A DNA stretch of 21,876 nt from an uncultured bacterium (GCA_964400165.1 CAYNSX010000040.1:1-21876); one strand, 5' to 3'. Positions 8,975 to 16,774 are shown, numbered from the stretch's first letter. The notes: generated from the sequence alone by a model not told the origin. Numbers and translations are program-made.

Positions 8975-11152
8975 ATGGAAGTCACCGCACGGACGGAGTC
9001 GTTGTTCGACGACCTGCTCCGGGTTGCCCAGGCGGCGCGGCCCGACATCGACCCGGAGTTCCTCCGCCGCGCCTATGAGACGGCCGAGGCCGCGCACCGC
9101 GGCCAGACGCGCCGCACCGGCGAGCCCTACATCGCCCACCCCGTCGCCGTCGCGACGCTGCTCGCCGACTTAAAACTCGACGACAAGACCCTCGCCGCCG
9201 CGCTGCTGCACGATGTCATCGAAGACACCCGCCTGACCGCCACGCAGCTGCGCCACGATTTCGGCCGTGAGGTGGCCCGGCTGGTCGAGGGCGTCACGAA
9301 ACTGCGCGGCCTCGAATTCACCTCCACCCGCGAGCAGCAGGCCGAAAACCTGCGCAAAATGGTGCTGGCGATGGCGCGCGATGTGCGCGTCGTGCTCATC
9401 AAACTCGCCGACCGCCTGCACAATGTGCAGACGCTCCATGTCCTCCCGCGCGAGACGGCGGAGCGCACCGCCCGCGAGACCCTGGAGGTCTTCGCGCCGC
9501 TGGCGCGGCGGATGGGCGTCACCACCTTCGTCTGGAAGCTCGAAGACCGGGCGCTGCGCTATCTGGAGCCGGAGAAGTACGAGGAAATCGTCCAGGGGCT
9601 GAACCGCACCCGCATCGAACGCGAGCAGATCGTCCAGCGCGCCATCCAGAAACTGCGCGGGCGTCTGCGCCGGGTGCGCATCCGCGCCGAAATCACCGGC
9701 CGCCCCAAGCACATCTACAGCATCTTCGAAAAGATGGCGCGCGAGGGCGTCGACTTCCAGCAAATCCTCGACCTCGAGGCCATCCGCGTCATCGTGGACA
9801 AACCCGAGCAATGTTACGGCGCGCTCGGGCAGGTGCACGACCTGTGGACGCCGCTGCCCGGGATGTTCAGCGATTACATCGCCAATCCGAAGCCGAACGA
9901 CTATCAGTCGCTGCACACCAAGGTCGTCGGCCCGCACGGCGGCCCGATGGAAGTGCAAATCCGCACCTGGGAGATGCACGCCGTCGCCGAATTCGGGGTC
10001 GCCGCGCATTACCAATACAAGGAGGGCAGCGGCACACAGCGCGCCCGCTCCGACCGGCGCGTGAAATGGCTGCAACAACTGGCCGCGCTCGGCAGCGAAG
10101 TGCCCGACCCGCACGAATGGCTCGACGCGCTGCAGGCCGACCTGTTCCAAGACCAGGTGTTTGTCTTCACGCCGAAGGGCGATGTCATTGACCTGCCGCG
10201 CGACGCGACGCCGGTGGACTTCGCCTACCACATCCACTCCGAAGTCGGCAACCGCTGCCGCGGCGCCAAGGTGAACGGCAAGCAGGTCGCCTTGCACTAC
10301 CGGCTGGAGAGCGGCGATGTTGTCGAAATCGCGACCTCGAAAGAGGGCAGCGGCCCGCGCCTCGACTGGCTGCAATTCGTCCGTTCCAGCGGCGCCCGCA
10401 ACAAGATCAAACAGTGGTATCGCCGCGAGCAGCGCGATGAGAGCATCGCGCGCGGCCGCGAACTGCTCGTCGCCGAGTGTCAGCGCCAGGGCGTGTCCTT
10501 CGACGACGCCCTGCAGAACGGCGCACTCGACAAGGTCGCCCAGCGCCTCAATTACAAGGGCGCCGACGACATCCTCGCCGCCATCGGCTACGGCGACCTC
10601 GGCGCCGAAGGCATCGCCCGCCGTGCCCGCGAAGCGCTCGGCATCCCGGCGGAAGTGACGCTGCCGTCGAAGGCGCCTGTCATGGACACGGCTCCCGCAG
10701 CGGCGATTCTCGCGGCCGGCGATGAGTCCGTGCTCACGCGCCTGTCACGCTGCTGCAGCCCGGTGCCGGGCGACACCATCGCCGGCTATGTCACCCGCGG
10801 CCGGGGCATCACCGTCCACCGCACCGACTGCCCCAACTTGCAGTACTACGAGAAACTCGAACCCGAGCGCCTGACGCCGGTACGCTGGAACCTGGCGGAG
10901 CACGCCATGTATCCCGTCGAACTGCGCATCCTCGCCTTCGACCGCCTCGGCCTGCTGTCCGCCATCACCTCGATCATCAGCGACCACAAAACCAACATCC
11001 GCTCGGCGGATGTCACCGTCGCCGACGACGGCCTGGCGCACTTCCGCCTGGTGGTGGACATCAGCGACCGGGCGCACCTCTCGCGGGTCATTGAACGCGT
11101 CCGCGGCCTGACGGATGTGCTTCAAGTCGAGCGCGGGGGCGCGGTGCATTGA
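8975..11152 (+). CDS. rel: Bifunctional (p)ppGpp synthetase/hydrolase (long RSH, Rel/RelA-SpoT)
   Basis: An HD hydrolase domain (HDVIEDT) is followed by the synthetase motifs (RPKHIYSIFEKM, DLEAIRVIV, YQSLHT). TGS and C-terminal ACT domains are present. Length is 725 aa. Confidence 0.93.
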   Translation: MEVTARTESLFDDLLRVAQAARPDIDPEFLRRAYETAEAAHRGQTRRTGEPYIAHPVAVATLLADLKLDDKTLAAALLHDVIEDTRLTATQLRHDFGREVARLVEGVTKLRGLEFTSTREQQAENLRKMVLAMARDVRVVLIKLADRLHNVQTLHVLPRETAERTARETLEVFAPLARRMGVTTFVWKLEDRALRYLEPEKYEEIVQGLNRTRIEREQIVQRAIQKLRGRLRRVRIRAEITGRPKHIYSIFEKMAREGVDFQQILDLEAIRVIVDKPEQCYGALGQVHDLWTPLPGMFSDYIANPKPNDYQSLHTKVVGPHGGPMEVQIRTWEMHAVAEFGVAAHYQYKEGSGTQRARSDRRVKWLQQLAALGSEVPDPHEWLDALQADLFQDQVFVFTPKGDVIDLPRDATPVDFAYHIHSEVGNRCRGAKVNGKQVALHYRLESGDVVEIATSKEGSGPRLDWLQFVRSSGARNKIKQWYRREQRDESIARGRELLVAECQRQGVSFDDALQNGALDKVAQRLNYKGADDILAAIGYGDLGAEGIARRAREALGIPAEVTLPSKAPVMDTAPAAAILAAGDESVLTRLSRCCSPVPGDTIAGYVTRGRGITVHRTDCPNLQYYEKLEPERLTPVRWNLAEHAMYPVELRILAFDRLGLLSAITSIISDHKTNIRSADVTVADDGLAHFRLVVDISDRAHLSRVIERVRGLTDVLQVERGGAVH

Positions 11153-11361
11153 AACACCCTCTCCCGCCCCTCGACTTCCCTCGACTACACTCGGGACAGG
11201 TCGCTCGGGGCACCCTCTCCCTGAAGAGGAGAGGGACAACAATCTTCCCAAGCGATGCTCGTAGTCCCCTCTCCCAAGTTTGGGAGAGGGGTACGCGAAG
11301 CGGGGGTGAGGGCGGCCTGACGGATGTTCTGCAAGTCGAGCGCGGGGGCGCGGTGCATTGA
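11103..11361. repeat. Two ~50-bp direct repeats (11103-11152 and 11312-11361; 2 mismatches), the first being the last 15 codons plus stop of rel. They flank a 159-bp insert of CCCTCTCCC/GGGAGAGGG hairpin repeat units (hairpins at 11213-11235 and 11266-11291).
   Basis: The string ctgacggatgt(g/t)ct(t/g)caagtcgagcgcgggggcgcggtgcattga occurs twice. The ORF-track frame 11149..11361 ends with the same LTDVLQVERGGAVH as rel, which confirms the duplication. Segment 11172-11215 matches 15522-15574 in the big repeat cluster. Confidence 0.8.
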
Positions 11362-11403
11362 ACGGTCCGCCCCTGTGAGACTGACTGGCACGGATGCAAT
11401 TGC

Positions 11404-12318
11404 ATGATCTTTGATGACCTCACCGCCACCGTGGGCCACACTCCCATAGTGGAACTCGGCCGGTTAGCGAAAGGCCTGCCCGGCCGGATCGCCGCCAAAC
11501 TGGAAATGCGCAACCCCTGCGGCAGCGTGAAAGACCGGGTCGGGGTCGCGCTCATCGACGATGCCGAGCGGTGCGGGGTGCTGCATCCCGGCATGACGAT
11601 CGTCGAGCCCACCGGCGGCAACACCGGCATCGGCCTCGCCTTCGTCGCCGCCGTGCGTGGGTATCGCCTGGTCCTTACGATGCCCGACACAATGTCAACA
11701 GAACGGGTGGCGCTCCTCCGTCAGCTGGGAGCGGAAGTGGTGCTCACCCCCGGAATCCTGATGGGCGACGCGGTGGCGCGCGCCACTGAACTCGCGACGC
11801 AAATCCCCGGCGCCATCATGCTGGACCAGTTTACGAACCCGGCCAACGCCGAGATCCATCGCCGAACGACGGCCCTCGAGATCTGGACGGACACCCAAGG
11901 CGCCGTCGATGTCTTCGTCTCCGCAGTCGGCACTGGCGGCACCATCACCGGCGTCGGCGAGGTGCTCAAGGGACGCAAGCCGAGCGTGCGCGTCGTCGCG
12001 GTGGAGCCGGCCGGCGCCGCGGTGCTGTCCGGGAAGCCGGCCGGCAGCCATCTCATCCCCGGCATCGGCGTTGGGTTCATCCCTCCGGTCTTGAACCGCT
12101 CGATCCTCGACGAAGTCATCGCAGTGACCGACGAGGACGCATTTGCCTGTACGCGGCGGCTGGCGCGAGTGGAAGGAATCATCGCGGGCGTGTCATCAGG
12201 TGCCGCCCTTCACGCCGCGCTCGCCGTCGCCGCTCGCCCCGAGGCGGCAGGGAAGCTGATCGTCGTCATTCTCGCCGACACCGGCGAGCGCTACATTACG
12301 ACCACCTTGTTCGAGTGA
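11404..12318 (+). CDS. cysK: Cysteine synthase (O-acetylserine sulfhydrylase, CysK/CysM family)
   Basis: The PLP-lysine motif NPCGSVKDR, the TGGNTGIGLA motif and GTGGTITG are present. Length is 304 aa. The stop is followed by a gcgcgggcgcggtgcactag motif shared with the rel 3' end. Confidence 0.9.
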   Translation: MIFDDLTATVGHTPIVELGRLAKGLPGRIAAKLEMRNPCGSVKDRVGVALIDDAERCGVLHPGMTIVEPTGGNTGIGLAFVAAVRGYRLVLTMPDTMSTERVALLRQLGAEVVLTPGILMGDAVARATELATQIPGAIMLDQFTNPANAEIHRRTTALEIWTDTQGAVDVFVSAVGTGGTITGVGEVLKGRKPSVRVVAVEPAGAAVLSGKPAGSHLIPGIGVGFIPPVLNRSILDEVIAVTDEDAFACTRRLARVEGIIAGVSSGAALHAALAVAARPEAAGKLIVVILADTGERYITTTLFE

Positions 12319-12350
12319 CGGGCGCGCGGGCGCGGTGCACTAGAACAGCC

Positions 12351-12415
12351 GTGTTACGGGGAAGGTGTCACGAGTTACGGGAAAGCAGTTCCCGTGACTC
12401 ATTACACATCACACG
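12351..12415. repeat. Copy B of the GTGTCACGGG element
   Basis: The sequence is gtgttacggggaaggtgtcacgagttacgggaaagcagttcccgtgactcattacacatcacacg. It aligns at ~75% with copy C in the same orientation. It lies between the convergent 3' ends of cysK and the 66-aa ORF. Confidence 0.7.
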
Positions 12416-12427
12416 CGTCCCGTTCGT

Positions 12428-12628
12428 TCACCCCACATAAATCCCGCACTTCGCGCAGTTCGTACCGCGCGAGACCTTGCTCCCGCACACCGAACAAGTG
12501 ACCTGCGCGCCGCCGCCGCTGCCGCCCCCCGGCCGCTGACCGGCGAGGCGTTTCTCCAGCCGGTCGACGCGCCGCGTCAACTCCTCGAGGCGCCGCTCAA
12601 ACGATTCGAAGGGGCCGTGGTCGGTCAC
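12428..12628 (-). CDS. Small protein (66 aa) with an N-terminal coiled-coil-like helix and a C-terminal CxxC...CxxC zinc ribbon. It has a GTG start.
   Basis: The sequence is MTDHGPFESFERRLEELTRRVDRLEKRLAGQRPGGGSGGGAQVTCSVCGSKVSRGTNCAKCGIYVG. It is flanked on both sides by GTGTCACGGG-element copies B and C. No SD is present, and the element abuts the start codon. Confidence 0.45.
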   Translation of the reverse strand: MTDHGPFESFERRLEELTRRVDRLEKRLAGQRPGGGSGGGAQVTCSVCGSKVSRGTNCAKCGIYVG

Positions 12629-12635
12629 GAGGGTC

Positions 12636-12707
12636 GTGTCACGGGAAATGTGTCACGGGACACGGGAAAGACCCCCCGTGACACATGACACGATCACCGT
12701 TTCCCGT
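12636..12707. repeat. Copy C of the GTGTCACGGG element (the longest copy; GTGTCACGGGAAA is tandemly doubled)
   Basis: The sequence is gtgtcacgggaaatgtgtcacgggacacgggaaagaccccccgtgacacatgacacgatcaccgtttcccgt. A 10-bp stem (gtgtcacggg/cccgtgacac) is present. It lies between the floT stop and the start of the 66-aa ORF. Confidence 0.7.
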
Positions 12708-12714
12708 CTGTTCG

Positions 12715-14268
12715 TCAGTCGCCGCCGCTCGGCGGCGGCGCCGCCGGCTTGCCGGACGACGACTTCAAAGCCGGCGGGGGTGCGATGCTTGCCGGCGGCT
12801 CGATCGTGCCCTTCAGTTTCGGCAGTTTCGACAGCAGGTCGTCCATCTTCATGCCGGTCAGCGCTTCGATGACCGCCGGCAGTTGCGCGATGATGCTCGT
12901 CACATCCTGCGTCACGCGCGCCGCGCCCGTCCCACCCGCGTGGCCGTCGCCCATGCTGACGACGACCATCCGCTCCATCTTCGACAGCGGCGCGCTGATG
13001 GCGGCGGCGATTTCCGGCAGCTTGTCCAGGAAGATTTGCGTGATGGCGGCCTCGTTGTAGAGCCGCCAGGCCTCGGCCTTGCGCGTCATCGCTTCGGCCT
13101 CGGAGAAGCCGGTCGCCTTGACGACCTCCGCCGCCGCCAGCCCCTTCGCCCGCACCGCGGCCGCTTCGCCTTCGCCCTCAAGGCGCTCGCGGTCGCTCTC
13201 ACCTTCCGCGGTCGCTCGCAATCGGTACTGTTCCGCTTCCGCCAGTTGCTGGATGCGGAAACGCTCGGCCTCGGCGGGCTTTTGCACCGTGGCCGTCAGT
13301 TCCTTTTCCTTGCGCGCGATTTCCTGCTGCTCGAGTTCGATCTGCCGCGTGCGCTCGGCGATTTCCACGCCGACCCGTTCCTTGGTCACTTCCTGCTCCA
13401 CCTTGAATTTCTGTAGGTCATACGCCAGGTCGGCCTCGGCCTTCTTCGCCCGCGACAGCATCTGATAGGTAGCCACATTGATTTCGTAGTCCCGCTGCGC
13501 CTCGGCGACCTTCGAGTCCGCCTCGAACTTGCCCACCTGCCCCGCCATATTCGCCTGCGCCGACTTGATGGTCGCGTCACGCTGCGCCTCGGCCTCGCCG
13601 ATGATGGCGTCGCGCTTCACCATCGCAATGCGCGGCTTGCCGATGGCGTCGAGATAGCCCTGCGTGTCGCGCACATCACGGATGGTGAACGACACCACCA
13701 CCAAGCCCATGTTCGCCAGGTCGCTGCCCGCCACTTCCTGCACCTTCTGCGCGAACGCCTGCCGGTCGCGGTAGATCTCTTCGACCGTCAGTGTCCCGAT
13801 GATGGCGCGCAGGTGTCCTTCAATCGTCTGCAGCGCGACGCGCAGCGTTTCGTCCTGCCGCTTCGAGAGGAATTGCTCCGCCGCGGTGCGGATCGAGACA
13901 TCGTCGCCGCCCACCTTCACCTGCGCCACGCCCTCCACTGTCACCGGCACTCCCTGAATCGAATACACCTCGGGCGTGGTCACATTCAGCGTCATCACTT
14001 CGAGCAGCAGCCGCTGCACCTGCTCGATGATCGGCCAGACGAAGGTCCCCCCACCCTTCCGGATGCGGTAGCCCAGGTGCTCGACCGTGCCGTCGGGATT
14101 GCGCACCTTGTGGCGCCCGCCGGAGACGATCAGCACCTCGTTCGGGCCCACCTTCACCCAGCGCCGGGCGATCGTGTAGAAGAACATCAGGACGACGATG
14201 ACGACGCCGCCGACGACCGACACGATCATCGTCGTCTGCGGCTGCGCGCCGAAGAGTCTCTCGATCAC
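12715..14268 (-). CDS. floT: Flotillin (SPFH/band-7 domain, FloT/YuaG-like)
   Basis: It has an N-terminal TM helix, then an SPFH domain, then a long Glu/Ala/Arg-rich coiled-coil 'flotillin' region and a Pro-rich tail. Length is 517 aa. An ATGA overlap joins it to upstream nfeD. Confidence 0.88.
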   Translation of the reverse strand: MIERLFGAQPQTTMIVSVVGGVVIVVLMFFYTIARRWVKVGPNEVLIVSGGRHKVRNPDGTVEHLGYRIRKGGGTFVWPIIEQVQRLLLEVMTLNVTTPEVYSIQGVPVTVEGVAQVKVGGDDVSIRTAAEQFLSKRQDETLRVALQTIEGHLRAIIGTLTVEEIYRDRQAFAQKVQEVAGSDLANMGLVVVSFTIRDVRDTQGYLDAIGKPRIAMVKRDAIIGEAEAQRDATIKSAQANMAGQVGKFEADSKVAEAQRDYEINVATYQMLSRAKKAEADLAYDLQKFKVEQEVTKERVGVEIAERTRQIELEQQEIARKEKELTATVQKPAEAERFRIQQLAEAEQYRLRATAEGESDRERLEGEGEAAAVRAKGLAAAEVVKATGFSEAEAMTRKAEAWRLYNEAAITQIFLDKLPEIAAAISAPLSKMERMVVVSMGDGHAGGTGAARVTQDVTSIIAQLPAVIEALTGMKMDDLLSKLPKLKGTIEPPASIAPPPALKSSSGKPAAPPPSGGD

Positions 14269-14939
14269 AGCTTGTCTCCCTTATCCGGCGACTTGGCGGG
14301 CGGCTTCGCCGTGCGCTCCGCTTTCGTCTCCGACCGCACGATGGCAGTGCCCCCGATGTAACGCACGATGCGGACAATCTCATTGGCGGCGACCGCCGCC
14401 CCGTCTTCCGACTGCGCCGGTGCATTGAACCGGGCGCCGCTGGCGATGTAGGCGATCTGCCCGACGCCCTTCTCCGGGATCGGCGTGATGACTTCCGCTT
14501 GCACGCCGTGCAGCCGCACGCGCGCCGGCTCGCTGCTCGCCTGGATGGAGCGCGCCAGATGCGCGAAGCCGGTGAAGATGCCGAACGCAATCACGAACCC
14601 CGACACCGCGGAAATCGGCAGACTCATTTGGATCGATGCGTGGGCCAGTTTGTGGAGCAAGTAGCCGATCCCGCCGAAGCAGGTCAGGAACAGCGCCACC
14701 ATCATCGGCGAATACGGCGAGACGCCAAGCGAATGGCCCGGGTCACTGCCGAAACCACCCCCGTGCCCCTCGCCGCCGGCAAAGTCGTGACTGACATCGA
14801 ACGACCCGCCCACCGCCGCATCGATGCCGCCGTGACCGAACTCGAGCAGCCCCCCCAGGAACACCGTCACCGCCGAGAAGACGATGCCGATGAAGAAGGC
14901 GATGAGATACCCCGTCCCAATCCAATCAAAGCCGAGCAT
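14265..14939 (-). CDS. nfeD: NfeD-family membrane protein (YuaF-like partner of flotillin) with a His/Gly-rich insert
   Basis: It has N-terminal TM helices and a C-terminal OB-fold-like domain (RVRLHGVQAEVITPIPEKGVGQIAYIASGARFNA). It lies directly upstream of floT and overlaps it. The insert reads EFGHGGIDAAVGGSFDVSHDFAGGEGHGGGFGSDPGHS. Confidence 0.8.
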   Translation of the reverse strand: MLGFDWIGTGYLIAFFIGIVFSAVTVFLGGLLEFGHGGIDAAVGGSFDVSHDFAGGEGHGGGFGSDPGHSLGVSPYSPMMVALFLTCFGGIGYLLHKLAHASIQMSLPISAVSGFVIAFGIFTGFAHLARSIQASSEPARVRLHGVQAEVITPIPEKGVGQIAYIASGARFNAPAQSEDGAAVAANEIVRIVRYIGGTAIVRSETKAERTAKPPAKSPDKGDKL

Positions 14940-16073
14940 AGGTCACCCGTGACCAGCCGGTCACGCCTCTCCCGCAGGACGGTTCGCCCAATTGCGCCCC
15001 ACTCCTGCCCCGCAATCATACCGCCGAATCGCCCGCGCGTTTCGCGGCCTGCAATGCGGGTGAATCACTGGACGGTAGACGCGTTGTCCCTCTCCCAATC
15101 GGGAGAGGGTGCCCCGAGCGCAGCCGAGGGGCGGGTGAGGGCAAACCGCAATGCGGGTGATTTGCGGGCCCATTGTTGCGCGCTCCCCCTCCCCGTGCAC
15201 GGGGAGGGGTTAGGGGTGGGGTGCCTGCGATGCGGCCTCACCCCCCATCCCCCTCTCCTGTAAAGAGAGGGGGAGACAAGCAGTGTTTGGATTCATTCCC
15301 TTCTCCTCACAGGAGAGGGGTTTACCCCGAGCGCAGCCGAGGGGTGGCGAAGCCGGGGTGAGGCCATCCTTCCCCTCTCCACTCGTGGGAGAGGGGGGCA
15401 GGGGGAGAGGGATCAAAGGTGAGGGGGGATCATGGGGAGGGACGCCAGCTGTGGGGGGCAGGCACTCTGCCTGCCAGACTCGCCCGCGCGGCTTGAGGTT
15501 GTTCGCCTCCCCGGCACTGAACCCCTCGACTTCCCTCGGCTGCGCTCGGGACGAGTCGCTCGGGACAGGGTGCCGGGCTGACTCCTACAAAGTTGGTTCT
15601 TCGCAGCGGCCCCTAAGGGCCGCCCCAAGGCACGACCGCTTCGGATTCAGCCCCGGGCTTCAGCCCCGGGCACGCAAACCGACCTCTCCCCCATCCCCTC
15701 TCCGACCAGCCGAGAGGGGAGACGGAGGGGTGAGGCCTCCGTTCCCTCTCCCAGTTCGGGAGAGGGTGCCCTGCGAGGCCTTGGCGGAGCAGGGCGGGTG
15801 AGGACGGTTTGTTGTGGAGGGGTTTCTATGTCCGGCCATGAAATGGCCGGACTCACAATTGATGCCCCATGAATGGGGCGCTTGCTCAACCCCGGCGAAT
15901 GTCGCCGGGGCGGTACCCGCGCAGTACGAGCCCGGTTCACCGGGCGTCCACGGTGAGTCCGGGGATCTCATCCCCGGACTACATCTCTCCGTTCCCTCTC
16001 CCAGTTCGGGAGAGGGAGCCCTGCGAAGCCTTGGCGGAGCAGGGCGGGTGAGGACGGTTCGTCGGAGAGGGGG
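14940..16073. repeat. 1.1-kb non-coding cluster of a mosaic repeat family: a CCCTCTCCC-loop-GGGAGAGGG hairpin followed by tgccc(c/t)gcgag...gggcgggtgagg, in both orientations. It also holds perfect palindromes and direct repeats.
   Basis: Copies are at 15088-15141, 15249-15273, 15298-15363, 15371-15428, 15522-15574 (reverse orientation), 15683-15740, 15737-15808 and 15987-16058. The last two are 72-nt direct repeats at ~97% identity. Copy 16064-16087 overlaps the rpe stop. A 24-nt perfect palindrome cccctccccgtgcacggggagggg lies at 15186-15209, and a tandem ttcagccccgggc x2 at 15646-15671. Every ORF-track frame here is Gly/Pro/Arg-rich and repeat-derived. Confidence 0.85.
15829..15979. other. 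Hairpin-dense unique segment between the 72-nt direct repeats. This is a candidate structured RNA or small non-autonomous element.
   Basis: The perfect stems are: gtccggccat-gaa-atggccggac (15829-15851); gcccca-tgaa-tggggc (15864-15879); ccccggcg-aatgt-cgccgggg (15890-15910); cccgg-ttca-ccggg (~15929-15942); gtccggggat-ctc-atccccggac (15957-15979). Confidence 0.4.
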
Positions 16074-16745
16074 TCAGGGGGTGAGGGCCCCCGCCTTCTC
16101 CCGCAACCACCCCACCGCCTTCTCCAGCGGCTGCCCGCACTGCCACAGCGTGCTCCCCACCGCCAGCAGCGAGGCCCCCGCCGCGACGCACGCCGCGACA
16201 TTGTCGGCGCCGATGCCGCCGTCCATCCCGATCGGCCGCTCGATGCCGCGAACGGCCATCAACTCCTTCAGCCGCCGCACCTTCTCCACGCAGAACGGCA
16301 GGAACGCCTGCCCGGCGAACCCGGGGTTCACCGACATCACCAGCACGCCGTCGAGTTCGCCGAGCGCATCCGCCAGCGCCTCGACGCTCGTCGCCGGGTT
16401 GATCGCCACCCAGGCCTCGGCGTCGTGCGCCCGGATGCTTTGCAGCGTGCGGTGCAGGTGGGGCGTCGCCTCATAATGGATGCAGATGGCGTCGGCGCCC
16501 GCCGCGGCCATGTCCGATACCAGCGCCTCGGGGCGATAGACCATCAGGTGCGCGAAGAAGGGCTTCGTGGTGAGCGGCCGCAGCGCCTTGAGCACCAGCG
16601 CCCCGAAAGTAAGATTGGGCACGAACTGCCCGTCCATCACATCGAAATGAAACCCGTCGGCTCCCCCAGCATCGAGCGCCCGGGTCTCCTCGCCGAGCCG
16701 GGCGAAATCCGCCACCATCATCGAGGGGTGAATGTGGAGGGGCAT
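16074..16745 (-). CDS. rpe: Ribulose-phosphate 3-epimerase. The true start is the Met at 16745; the ORF-track extension to 16802 runs into a repeat.
   Basis: It begins MPLHIHPSMMVADFARLGEE. The motifs DVMDGQFVPN, HLMV and MSVNPGFAGQ are present. Length is 223 aa. The last 6 codons and the stop lie inside a ggagagggggtcagggggtgaggg repeat copy. Confidence 0.9.
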   Translation of the reverse strand: MPLHIHPSMMVADFARLGEETRALDAGGADGFHFDVMDGQFVPNLTFGALVLKALRPLTTKPFFAHLMVYRPEALVSDMAAAGADAICIHYEATPHLHRTLQSIRAHDAEAWVAINPATSVEALADALGELDGVLVMSVNPGFAGQAFLPFCVEKVRRLKELMAVRGIERPIGMDGGIGADNVAACVAAGASLLAVGSTLWQCGQPLEKAVGWLREKAGALTP

Positions 16746-16774
16746 CGACTCAATACTATCACCCTTATGTCTCC

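Noticed and set aside
5976-10375. Long minus-strand ORFs 5976..7061, 7205..9139 (644 aa) and 9170..10375 (401 aa)
   Set aside because: They are antisense to secD, secF and rel. The 644-aa frame even spans the secF-rel intergenic repeat. There is no domain signal, and they are GC-frame artefacts.
11149-11361. 70-aa ORF downstream of rel
   Set aside because: It is created by the duplicated rel 3' end: it ends with the same 14 residues, and its body is hairpin-repeat sequence.
14940-16073. CRISPR array
   Set aside because: The repeats occur in both orientations with irregular spacing and variable length (45-72 nt), and the 'spacers' are themselves repeats. No cas genes are in the window.
15283-16476. 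ORFs 15283..15801 (172 aa), 15814..16476 (220 aa), 15869..16051 and others inside the repeat cluster
   Set aside because: They have Gly/Pro/Arg-rich repeat-derived translations. The duplicated peptide PLPVRER.PCEALAEQGG simply reflects the 72-nt DNA repeat. There is no start context.
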